The position numbers and the translations under genes are program-made. From assembly GCA_051362555.1 (NCBI GenBank), contig CM120642.1, forward strand, positions 31,310,001 to 31,374,000: DNA of 64,000 nucleotides. Direction: 5' to 3'. The DNA comes from Lingula anatina (Eukaryota; Animalia; Brachiopoda). Below the pieces are notes generated by a model. It searched no databases. It was not told where the DNA came from and saw only the letters and a program-made list of their open reading frames with translations. Below, piece after piece: positions 1 to 14,500 of this stretch. Each line of letters starts with the position of its first letter. The stretch's first letter is position 1.

Positions 1-3000
1 TTAGAATATGTCAGTGGATAATGTGTACATACCAGTGACTACACAGAATGCATTACGGACAAACTCATTCCTCATGATGTCACGAAGACAGGGAACGTCT
101 GCATATTTTACGATGACGGCAAGATATCCATAATAAATACGGGATAATTCATTTTGAATGTTCTTAATAGTTTCTTGGGAGTCTGATATAGTAGTGTAGG
201 TGGTCAGTGTCCATGCTCTATCTCTTTGATCTAAACAGTGTCTCTCTGTGATTCACAGCACACAGAATCTTCTGCTACTGGCCATTCAGGTACCATTTAC
301 ACACATCCGGTCCTGTTTTGTAGCAAACCTGATCCAGTGTGCACACTTCATTAAGGAAATGTTAATTGTCCACAGCATGTTGTAAAGCAACCGACTGATT
401 GAAGTCAACGTTTGAAGCCCAGATTTAGTATACCAAGGATACTTCTATGGTGACTGCATAAAGTTTTGTATGTACATGTAATACTAACCACCTTGTCATA
501 CATGAGTTGACCACAGTGAACTAAAGGGGTAAATTTTGACAGATCTTTTTGTCCTTATGAAAGATGATACAATAACTTGCCTGAAAGATTTTTGCTATAG
601 AATTTTACTATTTTATGGAATTATTTTCTTTGTTACTTGGTCAGCGTGGATGGAAGTGTCCATCCCTTACATGTGTCCTGAAAGGGACCATGTGAATGAG
701 TCCAGAGAAACTATGGTCAGTCAGAGGTGTGAGTGGGATGACCATCTTATCTGAACATTTTATGTTCTGTGGTCCATTCATTAATCTTGTAGTTGTAATA
801 AAACTGTCTTCTTTAATTGAATTCTTATCACTAGTATACATCTCTTTTATTATAATTGTTGCAGTTAGACAGCCTTAAGATGTCCTGAAGGTCTAAAATT
901 TCAAATCGTTTCATTAGTCACATAGACATTTTTATAGTTATTTTTACAAATACTAATAATAAATATTAATAATTTGATGGAACAATGATTCAGAACAAAT
1001 ATTATTTTTTTCTTATTGAACCTTAAACCTTTGTTGTCCCTGCTTTTTGCAGCAATTTAATCTACAATATAAACTGTATCTGAAATGGACACTATATTCC
1101 TCACTATATTCCTCAATAAATTATAATGTGAATATAATAAATATGTCCAGTTTGGACCACCCACTCAGAGTGACCACCCTGCTGCTGACCACAGTGACAT
1201 GATTTTAGAGATCCCCTGCATTGGTCAGTGTGATAGTCCACTGTCACGGTCAGTGAGATACTATGATAGCTGACATTAGTAGATGTGTAGTAAGATAACA
1301 CTCACTAGGTGGCCACCGGGCAAGGACAGGGTCAGTGCCTAGCTGGACTTTGACATTATGGATTTTGTCAGGAATTTGACAGGTAGTAAGCAAGGTTTTT
1401 ATGTCTGTTTAAGTGGTGTTATGTAAGTGCTGACTGGCTTGATGAGGTACTAGATGATGTTTTTATTTTGAGGATTTTGTGTGTTCATGCTTGTTCATGT
1501 GTTGTTGTTGTTGATGCGTGTGTGCATGTGTGCCCGCGCACGCTTGTGTGTGTGTGGGGCAATGAGCATGTTGGGAAGGACTAGTAGCAGTTATAGATAA
1601 TAAAAATGCCGCTATTATTTGTTGATAAGTAAGTTAGCTAAAAAAAGAAAAAGGAAATTATAATAATTTGTGTGGGTGTGCTCCAGGAGATTGTGTATTG
1701 ATATTAAAAAAAATTTCAACATTTTAATAGTGACAGCTGGTGCAATTTGTGGATAAAAATTAAGTGAGATGGCCACAAAAGGAAAAGAGGACAAAGGTGC
1801 CTAAACCTTGGTTATATAAAATAAGTGAGCCAACTACTTTGACTCAATTTTTTTCGTAAGTTTCCCCCCTCGTGCAGACGGGCAATAGAGAAGACAGTGA
1901 GGTGGAACCGTAATGTTGTCCACACACAATAGAGACAGAAGTGTGAACTATTACCATCTCCAGCACCTCCATTGATGTCTGAAGTCCTCCACTTGAGAGC
2001 TCAGTGTGCTGTAGTTAAATGTGCGCCATTATCTCATCATAAGACACCTCACAGGAAAATAACTGTACTTATACATGAATGGCAGGATTATTACTCCAAC
2101 AGGAGCTGTCAGAGTACAGAAGAAAGGAAAAGAAGAATCTGAAAGCTGTGAAAAAAATCTTATCACAGAAGGTTAGAAATAAGATATAAATCATATTTTG
2201 TGTAGATTTTTGTTTCTAGTGGAAGGTATTGTATCAAAGGCCCATTCATACCAGGATTGACTTTGACTGAGGATAGACTAGTTGATGTCACCGTGAGTCC
2301 ATACTTGAGATTTGAACATATGGGGCTGTCTTGCAATATGTTATGGTCTTATGATGCCAATTAGTCTTTTTCTGAACCCAGCTCCAATGTGAACGCATCC
2401 TCCAATTAGGAAATTATATCTTATTATTATTAAAATTAAGAAAGTTTCAGACATGAAAAGATATGGTTGAATTGCTCTGTCAAGGAGGTTTCTGCATGAG
2501 GTAATGCAGTCAAATCTCGCTTCTATGCTGTTACATGTACTAAAACCTTGATTTTGACCGCTTTTAAAGCATTATCTATATATTGAAAAGTGCAAAATTT
2601 CTTGTAGTTTCAAAGTTTACTTTTCCACACAAACTAATTATTTTGTGGTCAGATTTTCATCTACCTAGAAATGAAATATGGTAGATAATTACAGATATTT
2701 TTGGTGGGCTGCACCTCATTACCAGTTTAAAAAAATGTGTTTCATTCAGTACCACTGTCTACCATTTTGACACAAAGTTAATTGAAAGCCCCTGCTTGGG
2801 GTGGTTGGAAAATAAGTCCCAGTTGATAATTACAATTATCTCGCAGTGACATCCACCAATTACTGGTGTTCCCAACTGTTCTCGGCACAAAAGAGACGCG
2901 ACTCCATTTCTGCATCACGTCCCCCACGTCCAAACTCCCTTATCGCCTTTTACAACTCAATGCAATCTCCCTTCCCATCTGTGATAAAACAAACTGATAA

Positions 3001-6000
3001 CCTTGAGCTGTGAAAAAAAAGCAGTAAAAAAAATCTACGGGGCCTCCCACTTCCCATTGAAGTAATTGTACGTAGTTGTTACCCAAGTGGAAAGATAGAC
3101 ATCACTGATAGTCCATGTGAAGGTACCAAGTATGCCAGGTTGAATAATTTTTTGACATGACTATTATATGGGAAGGAATAACCGGGTTCATGGACGATGT
3201 TTTACCTTTTTTTTTTATTTAGTGTTGTGATGCTTGAAGGTTTAACAGCTAGATTTTATATTCAAACTGTCTAAAGATTGATCTGTATGGGAAGTTTTAC
3301 CGATTTTGTACTTGGTGGTTTGTTTTTCAAGTCTGTGCTTCAGGTAAGGTTTTGTTCAGTGCTGAATTCTTGTAACTTTGACTTTGCACGTCCTTGGTTA
3401 ATTTTTTTTTTCATTTTGATCATATTTATGCCATAGGTAAGATAAACAATTATGATACTTATATTAGGGATGACAGAAATAGAAGTTTTTATTAGTTTTT
3501 TTTAATTGCAGACAGGTTTGAATAGGTAAGAAAATGAAAAAAAATATCTGATTTCCATTCTCTGAACATATACGTTTAATAACAAAGTATTGAATATAAA
3601 TTTATTAGTTGAGGTGTCATTTCTAGTCTTCCCTGTTACTCTTAGGCCCATAGTGTACTTGCACTTGTTACATATATTTGAAAGATACCTACAACTGTAT
3701 TTCAGTCCTGTATGTAGTCAGTAATTAAGAATTGGGATTCCTTTTTTTAATGAAAAAGTAGACCTTTTCATTCCCTTAATTGATCCAACTTAGGAAATGG
3801 TGCAGAAACTAGATCAAATTTTGATTGAGAGCAAACCTTTTTGGCCAAAAAAGTTGTTCATTCTATCCCTCAACCTTAACACCCTCCTATGGATTTGTAT
3901 TTTATGTTAGATAAAAACTTGCTTATTTATGTTACCTGTGCCTATGGATTTTTGGTGTCTTTATCTCTAAAGTCAAAATTAATTTGCATTGTATACAAAA
4001 GTAAATGAGCAAAAAAAGCGAGGGTGGCGCAAGATCACAGCAATCAAAATGATGCCAAGCCCATATAAGGACTTCAGTTTTAAAGCCCCTTGGGGTAGAA
4101 ATGTGATCTTCTTCAATCTTAATTTTCTGTGATAAAGAGCCAGGAAAATAACTCTGACAAAATAAGGGATAACAACCAACTCGACTGCTTAAACAGGGCA
4201 AATCTTTGGCCTTGAGGCACTAACTTGTTAGTTTGAGTGAAAAAAAGTGCGGAAGAGATGATTATGTCCTCACTTTTTCCAGTGTGTTCAGGGATTTTGG
4301 ATAATTTAGCTTGGCACAGGGAGGCACAACTCTGAAAAGTAGAGGGCAAATGGCGAATTAGGAGCTTCCTCGTGATAGTACCTGTATTTGTTTTGACTTC
4401 TTTGCGTATTCAGAATAATACAACATTTATTTTATATAAACATTTGTGGTTTACTGCTCTTTTCAATTTTGAGATTATAAAAAGGAGAATATTTTTAAAC
4501 AATTCAAACAAATACAATACAGATACATTTTACTACAGCTGCTATAACTGAAACCTAATATTTAGTTCATGTAGAATGTTCTTTGATTTTAAATTTTCGA
4601 GTTTTTAGCTGAATTGCATTGGAAAGATCAAAAGAAGTCTACTTCAGATATACTTCAGAGGATCATGTAATATCAATAAATACAATACTCAGCAGTCTGA
4701 TGAACTGAAATGAAAGTAAAGCTATCATATAACTGTTCTGTGTTAGAAGTTTGTGTTTAGAGAAATGTAAACAATGTCGGTGTCTTTTCTCAAAGGTGAC
4801 ATGCTACCTGCGTCAGTGTAGGGTGACAGTGTGAGGGTGACAGCGAGCGACTGCCATCTCGTGTCAGGATAAAATATCCAGTCCAGGTGACAGCTTGGTG
4901 TCTCACCTTGTCAAGTGTGGTACAAGCAGTCAGACATGGTGGCTCTCTGATCCCATTTAGTCTCTGTTATAACTTGTAATGGCCGGGAGCTTGAGCGTAA
5001 TTTGGGTCTGTGACAGGGAATGCGGGCGGGGAGATCATAATATGGCCAAATTGGTTTGTAATGTTTGACTTCCACAGTGGTGTTACAGGTACAGAGACGA
5101 GAGGGGTCAGTTGGCTCCAGTAGCGGTCAGTATCTATTAAGTACTACACAGCCTGATTAGATGGACATCATAGGTGGACAGTTATGTGATGTAACATTGT
5201 ATGCCAGGGACATTAGAAGGCTGTCATCTGAGAGTAGTATTTTCAGGCTGGAGATAGTTTTAGAATTTTTGAAAGTGTAACTATGAAAGTGGTTTAGGAA
5301 GATGGGTAGAAATAATCCTATATCAACCCCCCCCCCTTCATAAATTTGAACATTGCATAACTATCCATAATTATATTAGTATTTATAAGAGCCATTATTT
5401 TATCAAGAGTGTGTATTACTAACATCACATAAATGAAATTATTTCATTTTGATAATGACACAAATTCCTCTCTCAACACACTGATAATCCCAGAGAATGA
5501 TCTCCCATTTGTAAGTAATTAGTACAACTAAGTACTGAGCCCGTAGGCAGTACAAGCAGATTGTATTGTGTTCTGAAGACCTCGCCCTGGCAGTGAACCT
5601 TCAGTAGTACCTGACTAGTACTCCTACAATTTACTGTGTAACATGCCAGCTAGAACACTGGGCTGTAGCCAGCAATTTTATAGTTTTTTTTTCTGAAAAA
5701 GTAGACATTTTAACACTCTTAGCTGACCCAACTTGAGAAGAGGCATTGAATTTAGATACAAAAAAAGGAACATGTAGTTCTGTAGGGCCCATTCTGTATT
5801 GCAGATTTAGAAAATAGTACTTAATTCCATGTCAGTTGTTGGTACGTATAATCTTTACACTAGTCTCCCTCATATGTTATCTGTTAAATACGTTTGACGA
5901 ATAGAATATTTTATCATCCATCAGAAAATTGAATTACTAAGTAGGAACATATTTGGGTATTTTAATGAAAGTGTTAAGTTAAAAAAATACCCTGTATTCT

Positions 6001-7654
6001 AGAATGATCCTGAGACTTATGCAGACTTTCACATAGTTACCTAAAGAGTTTGATGTCTCTGTTTGAAACTTATATCAAAGAAAATTTGACAGGTAGTTGT
6101 TTGTTTGTGAAGTAAACCATATAACCACATGTAATATTTCCCTGGTTTCAAAGATATTATCTTTATCATACAAGATAATATGTCCGATATCTGCATGCGT
6201 TAGATTCAAAATTACAGATAATTTTGAATTAATGTAAATACCACTACACACACAAATATTTCATATCTTAATCTGTTTGAATGGGATTAAAGTCAGATAT
6301 GCTGTCTTTTGTGTGGGTGCCTTCAAATCTGCAGAGGTGAAAGTGCTGGGTTTTTTAAAAAATCACTAGTCAGGTGGCGGTGAGTCATAATTTTTATCTT
6401 TATCCTGTTTAGTCACTAAAGCAGGTTAAAAAATGATCAATTGAAAAAGTTTAGATTCTGTATGGTGAGATTAGTCATTTATTTCTAAAACGTCTCAGAT
6501 AAACCTTTATTTAAGTTTTCAGAAATGTGCAACAAAGAAAACAAAACATTGCTTTTTGATGAAAGAGATGCTTTATTATAAAGCTTTTTATCTTGGATAT
6601 AGCTAAACATTTTATATGGTAAGGAATGTATCTCTCACAAGATATAGGTCTCACGGTAAATTCCAGTCTCTCCAATAAACGCCTTCATTTCACTGGGCAA
6701 ACAACATCCCTCATTGTTCTATTTGCCTTGTGTCCTCTCCCCCTGAGCCAGGAGAGGGTTATTCTAGTGCAGGCATCATCTAAAACAACAGAACTACTGC
6801 AATTACCATACTATTCTGTAAGAAAAGAGCTGCCAGAGTCAGCAGGGAAAACATATCATGCAAGACCATATTCTGTAAGACAATAGAATGCGAGCTGGAC
6901 GCTGCAGTTTGGGTGGGGACTGTAGTTTGTGGATGTTTGATTTGGTGTGACAGTATGCAACCATGGAATATGTGAGTGGATATATTAAATTTTTATTTTT
7001 GTTTTATGAAGTTAATTTGTGGATGTAATTTTTGAAAGAATATGGAGTATAAACTCTCAGTTACTTTATATTACAGACAACTACCTGTTTAACTCATCAT
7101 GGGTGTTGCCCTGGGATTGAAGTCATAGTTTTACTCTTTTTATCTGGGGATTGATATGCAGTAGGATTGCACTGAAATTAATTGTGAAATATAAAATTGT
7201 ATGCTTTTTTTTTAAAGAATTAAAAGACCTTAAGATTTAAATGTGATTGCCACGATGCTGGTCTGGAAGAATGGCAATTATTTTTACCATTCATAAATCA
7301 CATGTTTGATTTGAAATTATGGACATTATGCTTTGCATGAACATACGTGCAAAAATTATTGAAATAGCAAGGAAAGGTGATTAGATATGGTGACAGTGAC
7401 TGTTATTGCAAGGCCACTATCTCTCATTGTTATCATATTGATATGATTGATACCTCCAGTTCTGTCGTGAAACCTGGATGGTTGTTGTGAAGAGATTCCG
7501 CAAAGTAGCCATATTGAGAGATATCGTCAGCGATAATTGCCAGTGTGGTAATCTGGTATAACCTAAGATAGAGAGGGCCAATGTGGGAAAAGAATTAATT
7601 TCGATAAATTATGATAATAAAACTTCAGTAGATATTGTAGACGTACTTCAGCTT

Positions 7655-7775
7655 GTTTCCAACATAGTCTTAAAATCGCCAGCTTTTTTTGTATTCTACT
7701 TAACTCCAGAAAGAGGCTTGTTAATCTGATTGCATTCAGCGAGAGTCCCTCTGGAGTTAGTAGACACTAGCTAGT
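7655..7775 (+). repeat. Dispersed repeat, partial copy of the element at 63728-63900
   Basis: Shares an identical core tgttaatctgattgcattcagcgagagtccc, with alignable flanks on both sides. Confidence 0.75.
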
Positions 7776-8909
7776 ACCATAGATTCATTGTGGAGGCACC
7801 CTGTGACTCTCTGCCGGTTCAGAATGTGCCTAAATGTGCTGGTGCAGGTAGGGTAATTATTTTTCCTTTCATGAAAATTTTAATTATGACTAAATTAATG
7901 TATAGAATATGTGTCTAGAGCACAGACTATTATGCAGAATTAAAAAAAAGGTATAAACTTCATGAGTGTAAGTGATGAGAGCTCAGGATTTTAAATAAAT
8001 GGGTTTGAGTGGATCAAGAAGCTGTAACAGTTGTAATTATCATTATTGTTTTTTATTATTAATATTTTCCTTTATTTAGTTTAACTTTTTGCAACTACAA
8101 GTCATCCATGATAAACCCCTTAAATTTACTATCAACTAGTAAACCTCCTCTTTTATATCTGGTGTTTGGCTCTCATTGCCATATGTAGGTCCTACCCCCT
8201 GTCTTTTCACTTCCAGTAGAACAGTTTTTTGTTTCGCACTAATTTGCAAAATTGACAACTGACTAGACAGCTTTCATTTATGAGACGGGGCACCTAAATG
8301 ACCCCCCCCCCCCTCCACTTTGATGCAACTAGTATACCAGATTAAGTTTGATTTCTACAGTAAAGTATAACAAGAAGTTATAACTTCTTGAGTATGATAA
8401 CACTTTCGGGTCTGTCAAACTGGTGTGGTACAGAATTCTGTACTGCTAGCCTATGCCCAATGTAAAAAGAGCCTTGGGTGAAGGCAAAGGTGATGACCAG
8501 GATTGAACTGGCCCTGACACAGACGCTATATAATTTAATGTAAAAAAGCATTCTTCATGGCTGGGTTGAGCTAGGCTGATTTCACAGCTTCTCAAGATAA
8601 AAGTTGCTTATATTTTTAAAGGCTTTTAAAATAGTTTGAGGGTGTTGACAGTCTTGTCAGCTATACATATCAGCCGTGATTGAACTAAATTGGTTGGTCA
8701 CACCTAGTCTAATCAGAATGTAGAAAACCCTCTTAACAGAGAAGCTGGGGGATAGACTTCCATTCCTACTTTTTTCAACCACACTAGTAATACATGTAAT
8801 TCCACAAGCCAGGTAGGAAGCCAAGAGGAATCCCCCTTCACAATTTGTTTTTCTGAATGGTTAATGCTTATCCATTCTCTTTCCCCCCCCTCCCCCCCCA
8901 ACACACTCC

Positions 8910-8910
<1 letters not shown>

Positions 8911-8943
<33 letters not shown>
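8911..8943. repeat. (AC)n microsatellite preceded by C-runs
   Basis: Direct reading: about 16 AC units. Confidence 0.95.
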
Positions 8944-8944
<1 letters not shown>

Positions 8945-9979
8945 CATCCTAGCTATGCACCTGAGTTTGTGTGGGTATGAGCCCAGCCTAACACACTACC
9001 CAGTGGAGATGTTAAAAGACACATGGTGGAAACGCCAACGATGATGATGATAATGATGCAGACATTTAGGTTAAGAAATCAAGACGATTAGCTGCAATTG
9101 AGGCAGTTGTTAGCGGTGTGTACAGTCTGTCAGTGTGCCCAGGAGCACGCTGAGTTAGAAAAGCAAATTGATGACTGTGGTGCAACTGCGCTTGCGTTTG
9201 TGCTGCAATCCCAAGTTGAAAAAACAAAATCTCACTGGATCGATTAGATCACCCGCTGTGAAAGTAATGGGAATAAGCATGCTTAATTATCTTATTTTCT
9301 TCTCCTGTCCGTCTGTGCTTTGAAGCTCCCTCTCACCTTCTTTGAGCTGTGTTAAGAAATAGATCTTAAAAATAGATTGACAAGGTGGTGACATGGTGTT
9401 TCTTTGATTTAACAATTTAGATTATAAGTTATCAGATTTTGTGTCTCAGTGTCTGGATTAGGTCACGTGGCCATTTGATATATCGCCAAAATTTATTCAC
9501 TTGATTAAATGGAAGATACCCTCTATAACAGGAAAATATTTTCTTTTAATTTGAATTTAATTATAAGACATGTACCTAACTTTATCACAGTCAGTTCTAG
9601 AGAAATTAAGATCTGTTTTCTGTCTTTAAATTAGATACTAATTCTTGTCAAGAGCTATGCAATGACTGTAATTTCCATGTCTTTAGGGATAAGAAAAGTC
9701 AGGAATTGACATCAACATCTGCCTTGTGAATTATCATCTTAAATAAAATCTAAGGAAATTATACTCCATTAGTGCTGGCCATGTATATGAATTTAAGTTT
9801 TTTAAAGCTTGAAAAAATATTGATAATGTTTGATAGGTGGATATTAACCACCCAGCATAACTAGTAATTACCGCGACCTGGTGACTTTGAAATAAAATCC
9901 AATAAAAGCTGAAAAGCTTGAAAGGCCATGTTGTTCATTGTATATAGGATCTGAATTGACAGCAAAGAAAATTATTTTA

Positions 9980-10798
9980 ATCAGGTGTTGTCCGGAGGAA
10001 TAAAGCGCATGCAGAGCGACTCCCCATAAAGAGGCAGTCAGTCCTCTTTGTTCCGCGCTGACTTGTGGCATGCCGCTGATCATTGTGATGCTCTTCACTT
10101 GCTGGAAGTTAGGAAATGAGGGGGAGACAACCTGGTATCAACCTCGCTTGGAAACCTGATCTTTTTGTTATGGGGAGAGATGAAGCATGCACCTGTACTG
10201 TGGTATGAAAGCTGAGCACCTCACCGGCCTCTAAATTAGTCTGCCTTGAGGCAGTGGTCGCGTTCATTTTTTAAAAATCACTTTGTAATTATGTTGTCAT
10301 ATTTGTTTGGGTAGGATTGCAGGGGTCGCTGTTTTTTGGGCTTTTATTCTTGGCTATTGACACCGGCGCACGAAGCTGTGATCTTTGAATGTCCTCTGAT
10401 GTGTATTCACCAGAGCAAGTCAAGCGGCCACTGCACAGGAGCTGATTTCAAAAATGAACATGATGAGCAGACGCATCGGGAGCTCAGAGGGATTTTCTGC
10501 CATTGTCCTCCTCCGATAGCCAACCACTCAGTTTCAAGTATCAAGTTTTGTTTCATTTTGTCGGACACATGATCAGTATAACGCTCGAGCTGCTCGACAA
10601 ATTCTTTGTTTGTTAACAGACACTTGATCCCAGAAACAAGCAGACAGATAACTAAGGGGGAAAAAGAGCAAACATCTCTCTGTCAAACACATAAAAACAG
10701 TGGGACAGGACATACTCTGGTTACTGTCGATATTTGCGGAGAGTTGCTACATCAGACTGTAACAGAGAAATTGAAATCCATTGTCAATGCATGTAAGT
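9980..10798 (+). promoter_or_regulatory. CpG-retaining island: candidate promoter plus non-coding first exon (about 10530-10792)
   Basis: Many CpGs relative to the flanks, Inr-like TCAGTT at 10528-10533, and donor CAT|GTAAGT at 10793. Confidence 0.4.
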
Positions 10799-11249
10799 AT
10801 ATTATAGGAAGTAACTGATATTCTTGACTTGAAGCGCCGGAAAAAAAGGAAAGCTTTAGGACAGATTACAATCAAGGCACCGTGTTTGTACTGAGAAAAT
10901 CTCTTCTCAATGTGCCTTTGATAGTTCTGATTCCTCTTGACTCAGTGTAAGTACACATAGCTTGTGTATCAGTGGTAATTTTAAGCTGCCTGATGGTCTT
11001 TCAGTGAAAGCTTCGGTTTCCTGATGTCCTATTTTCCAAGTAAGTTGACATTTCAGCCAACATTTCTCCTAACAGGTGAAGTGACATGTTCAGTGTCTTC
11101 AGAGAAATAAGCTACACATATACGACATGTATGATCATTATTGCTAAGTATTGGTACTTGCACAGTAACACTTCGTTTTTTTGTGAATTTTTACATTTTT
11201 GTATATCTGCAATTTTTGCGGTAAGGTGTAGAACACATAAGTGTATATG

Positions 11250-11505
11250 TTTTTGACAGTCAGGTGTAGCATTATTATACTTTGCTTATCAGGGCGGGTA
11301 AGAGCAATAGCATCACACTAGTATCAATGGCTTGTCTCTTAATTTCTCTGTAGCTAGTATTTGCAACTTTAGGGTACATACGTTTTATGAGTTTTTGACA
11401 GGTGTAGTATAATAATTATACTATCCACATCAGGGATGGTAAGAGTAAAGAGATTCAGACAGCTGTCACTGGGTTGTGTCTGTATATAGCTAGTATTCAC
11501 AACTT
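11250..11505 (+). repeat. Diverged ~140-bp tandem duplication
   Basis: tttttgacag..caggtgtag..ttatac..atcaggg..ggtaagag..tagctagtatt..caactt occurs twice in tandem (about 11250-11370 and 11392-11505). Confidence 0.75.
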
Positions 11506-14500
11506 AAATTTGCTGGCATTACTGAATTTAGATCATTTCTATATATAAAAAAAAAATTGTGGTGATATTTAACTGTATTTGAATGGAATTGAAATATTCA
11601 GTGGACTTTAGTGAAACAGCATTATAACATTTAGATATTAAATCTAGAAAGTGAGCATGTGGTAGGATTTGTATGTGTGATATATGGGAAAACAATCTGT
11701 CACTGTGTTATTACTATTATGTGGAGAATGGGCAGGGCCTTAATTTAATTAGTTTAATGGGTTTGCATGCCCCTTTTTTGATGAAACAATGATCATTTAA
11801 TTGCTATTCAGATCTGTTAGAGATGATTTGTTTGCTTTTGACCTGTTAAAAAGATTGATAGGCTGGAGTTGAAGATAGGGTGCATTGCTAACAACCGTGA
11901 GAGAGAGATGGATGTTTTATGAGTTATATCAAGCAAACAATTTCAATGAAATTATGGCTTTTTTAAATTAAATATGAGAGTAACAGTTTTGCATATTTAC
12001 TATTGAAATGCTGTTACTCTTAGAAAATGATATTTGAGATTTATCATTTTAAAGATTAAAAGAAAAAGAACAGTTATTTTTGCTGTATCAAGGTGGCAGA
12101 GGGTATTCAGTTAATAAAGAAAAGGAGATTTCACTATTAATAACATTTTAACATTTACATCCATACACACTTCACTTGCTCTAAGCTAAGCCACTCTCCA
12201 AATCCCGACTGGCAATAAGATTATAACGTTGCCACAATGTGTCTCCAGTATCCAATTATTGTCACTTTGGGGATCATTTAATGAATGCTCGTACCTATAA
12301 GTAACATCTCACTTTCTTTGTGATGGCCTCCATTTCTAGTAGCAGTGTCACTATGCAACCTGAGAGCTTGAAGCAGGTAGAGTAATTGAATTCAAGTTAC
12401 GCTCCCCCCATGTGGAATAGAAATAACAGGCAAATTTCATCTCCTCACAATTTTACACATGGATTTCTATTAGTTTCTGCTGGTAGAAGTTGAATGGACA
12501 CAGACCAAGGCAGGAGCTTTGGGAATATATTTTCTGATGGCCAAGGGCCAGATTGTTGTATCATTGAATAAGATGGATGTGGTCGGTGGATTTTTGTTTG
12601 TTAAGGGGATTCTATGAGTGCTTTTAATTATGTGTAATTGTGTAGCAGATGATTGGTGAATATCTCTTTTGTTGAGTTTTTTTTTCTTTCTCTTATAATT
12701 GTCTTGCTGTATTCCTGTGGCAAAAACGTCGCGTTAAGTCTAGTTGTAATGGCTAGGGGATGCTAGGGGATAATTATTTTCTGTTAATTTTGTCAATTAT
12801 GTTAGGGACAGGGTAAAAGAGAATAAAACTATGCCTTCGAAATAAATGTTATACTTATCAATATGCTCTGGTAGGTTGGTCCCAATGTTTGATTTATTAA
12901 ACTTAATAGAAAACCACATATAAGATTAAAAAAAAAAGAAAACATGAAACTAAAAATCAGTAGTGAAATCATTGACTTAACACAAACCTGAACTATAACT
13001 AAAACAAAGAACTACTATATAAGAGTTGAATTAAAACTACTTTTCTCAAATTCTAACCTATATTTTTTGGCCACAAGATCACGCAAGTTCTGCCACATTT
13101 AAGAGTGTCTGAAGAAGCCATGACAGTGGCCCAAGGGGACCCAGTGATGGTAATAACACATCCCTCTCTCGCAATAACAAGCTGTATTGTCACACCGACG
13201 ACAACCACGCTTTTGGTGACAGCTACTTTGTCAACCTTTGAAGGAACTGTTTGAAAGTAGAGGGGCAGGTGTTTTTATACACTGCACTAGATTGGGAATT
13301 GCTTCCATCCACTTCTCAAGTTGATGCGTGGAAGATGGATGACTCCAGTGTCCACTGTTATAAGTGGGCAATTAGGTGGACAAGTGGTATTGACCAGTGA
13401 GTGTTGTCTTCATTATTCATCCTGGATCTCCATGCATGTTTTATCATGGGACCTGCTGGATGATTTGAGTGCTTTGGGATTGGTTTTAGCTCGGTGGGGC
13501 GGTGTCCTTCATAAAAAAGAAATTGTCGTCATCTTCACTAACAAACAGGTAAAATTTTGATGTTGTACTTTATGACAGTGTAGTGATTTACACTTGTTTC
13601 TTTGAAGGGTACTTTGGATGTGTGAGTAATTTACTCATTTGATCTGAATCTTCAAAAAATTCAAAAGATGTTAATGTTCAAATTAGCTTTGGAAAACACG
13701 GGAAAAGTTTTGTAGTTTGATTTCTCAGTAAAGGGCATCATAAGCAGTCAGTGCATGGCCCATTACAAAATAAGAAAAGAAAAAAAAACATACAATTGAC
13801 TAAATTTTCATTCTGGCCATGATGGCTTTATTAAGATTGACTCAAGAAGTCACATGCTGCTTTTGAGTAATTACCAAGTTTTATTTTTTTGCCACATAGC
13901 AACCTTGTCACATTGCAGTGACATGTACAATTATGTGGAAATTTATAAAGAATTTTCACTAAAAGCAACGTTGCCAACATGACTACGTGTTATCCCAAAA
14001 AGGCATAGATCGAACTTGTCTAACATTTTATTACAATAAAATAACACCTGAATAGGAGTCTGCCCTAAATAATACATAGAATACAGAGTTGGCAACTCAA
14101 GGGTTGGGGTCGGGAGTTGGGGACGGGGGATGAAAGATTTTAAGATTTGGCTTTATCCAGCCAGTATAGTACCTGACTCTACTAAATTTAAATGTAGGAA
14201 GCACATGGAAAGAAAACCTAAGTTCCGTGCTCTGTAATTACATTATCTAGAAGCTAACTGTTAGTAATGTATATGCCCTTTTTTTTTTTGGAGTACTTTG
14301 AAGAAACATGCATGTCTGTAATTAGATGACATATTTGTATAACCCTTTAACTTTTTTGACCAAAACAGAAATAGCCATCATACTGTACTATAACATATGT
14401 CCACCAATGTTTAATAAGATATAAAGATTTGGTGGTTCTGATATGCCAATCTTTGTTTTATGTGAATTCAGCAGACGACCAATCCGCTCACCTAACACAG

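Noticed and set aside
2237-2401. Possible Harbinger-type MITE (aaggcccattcatacc ... aatgtgaacgcatcct)
   Set aside because: The putative TIRs match each other too weakly and no second copy was found.
6800-6890. Direct repeat accata(c)tattctgtaaga with a ~45-nt spacer, superficially CRISPR-like
   Set aside because: Only two imperfect copies, eukaryotic context and no cas genes; a simple local duplication.
8810-8963. Possible MITE around the (AC)n tract (caggtaggaagcc / ctagctatgcacctg)
   Set aside because: Only about 11/17 identity between the ends; cannot be supported.
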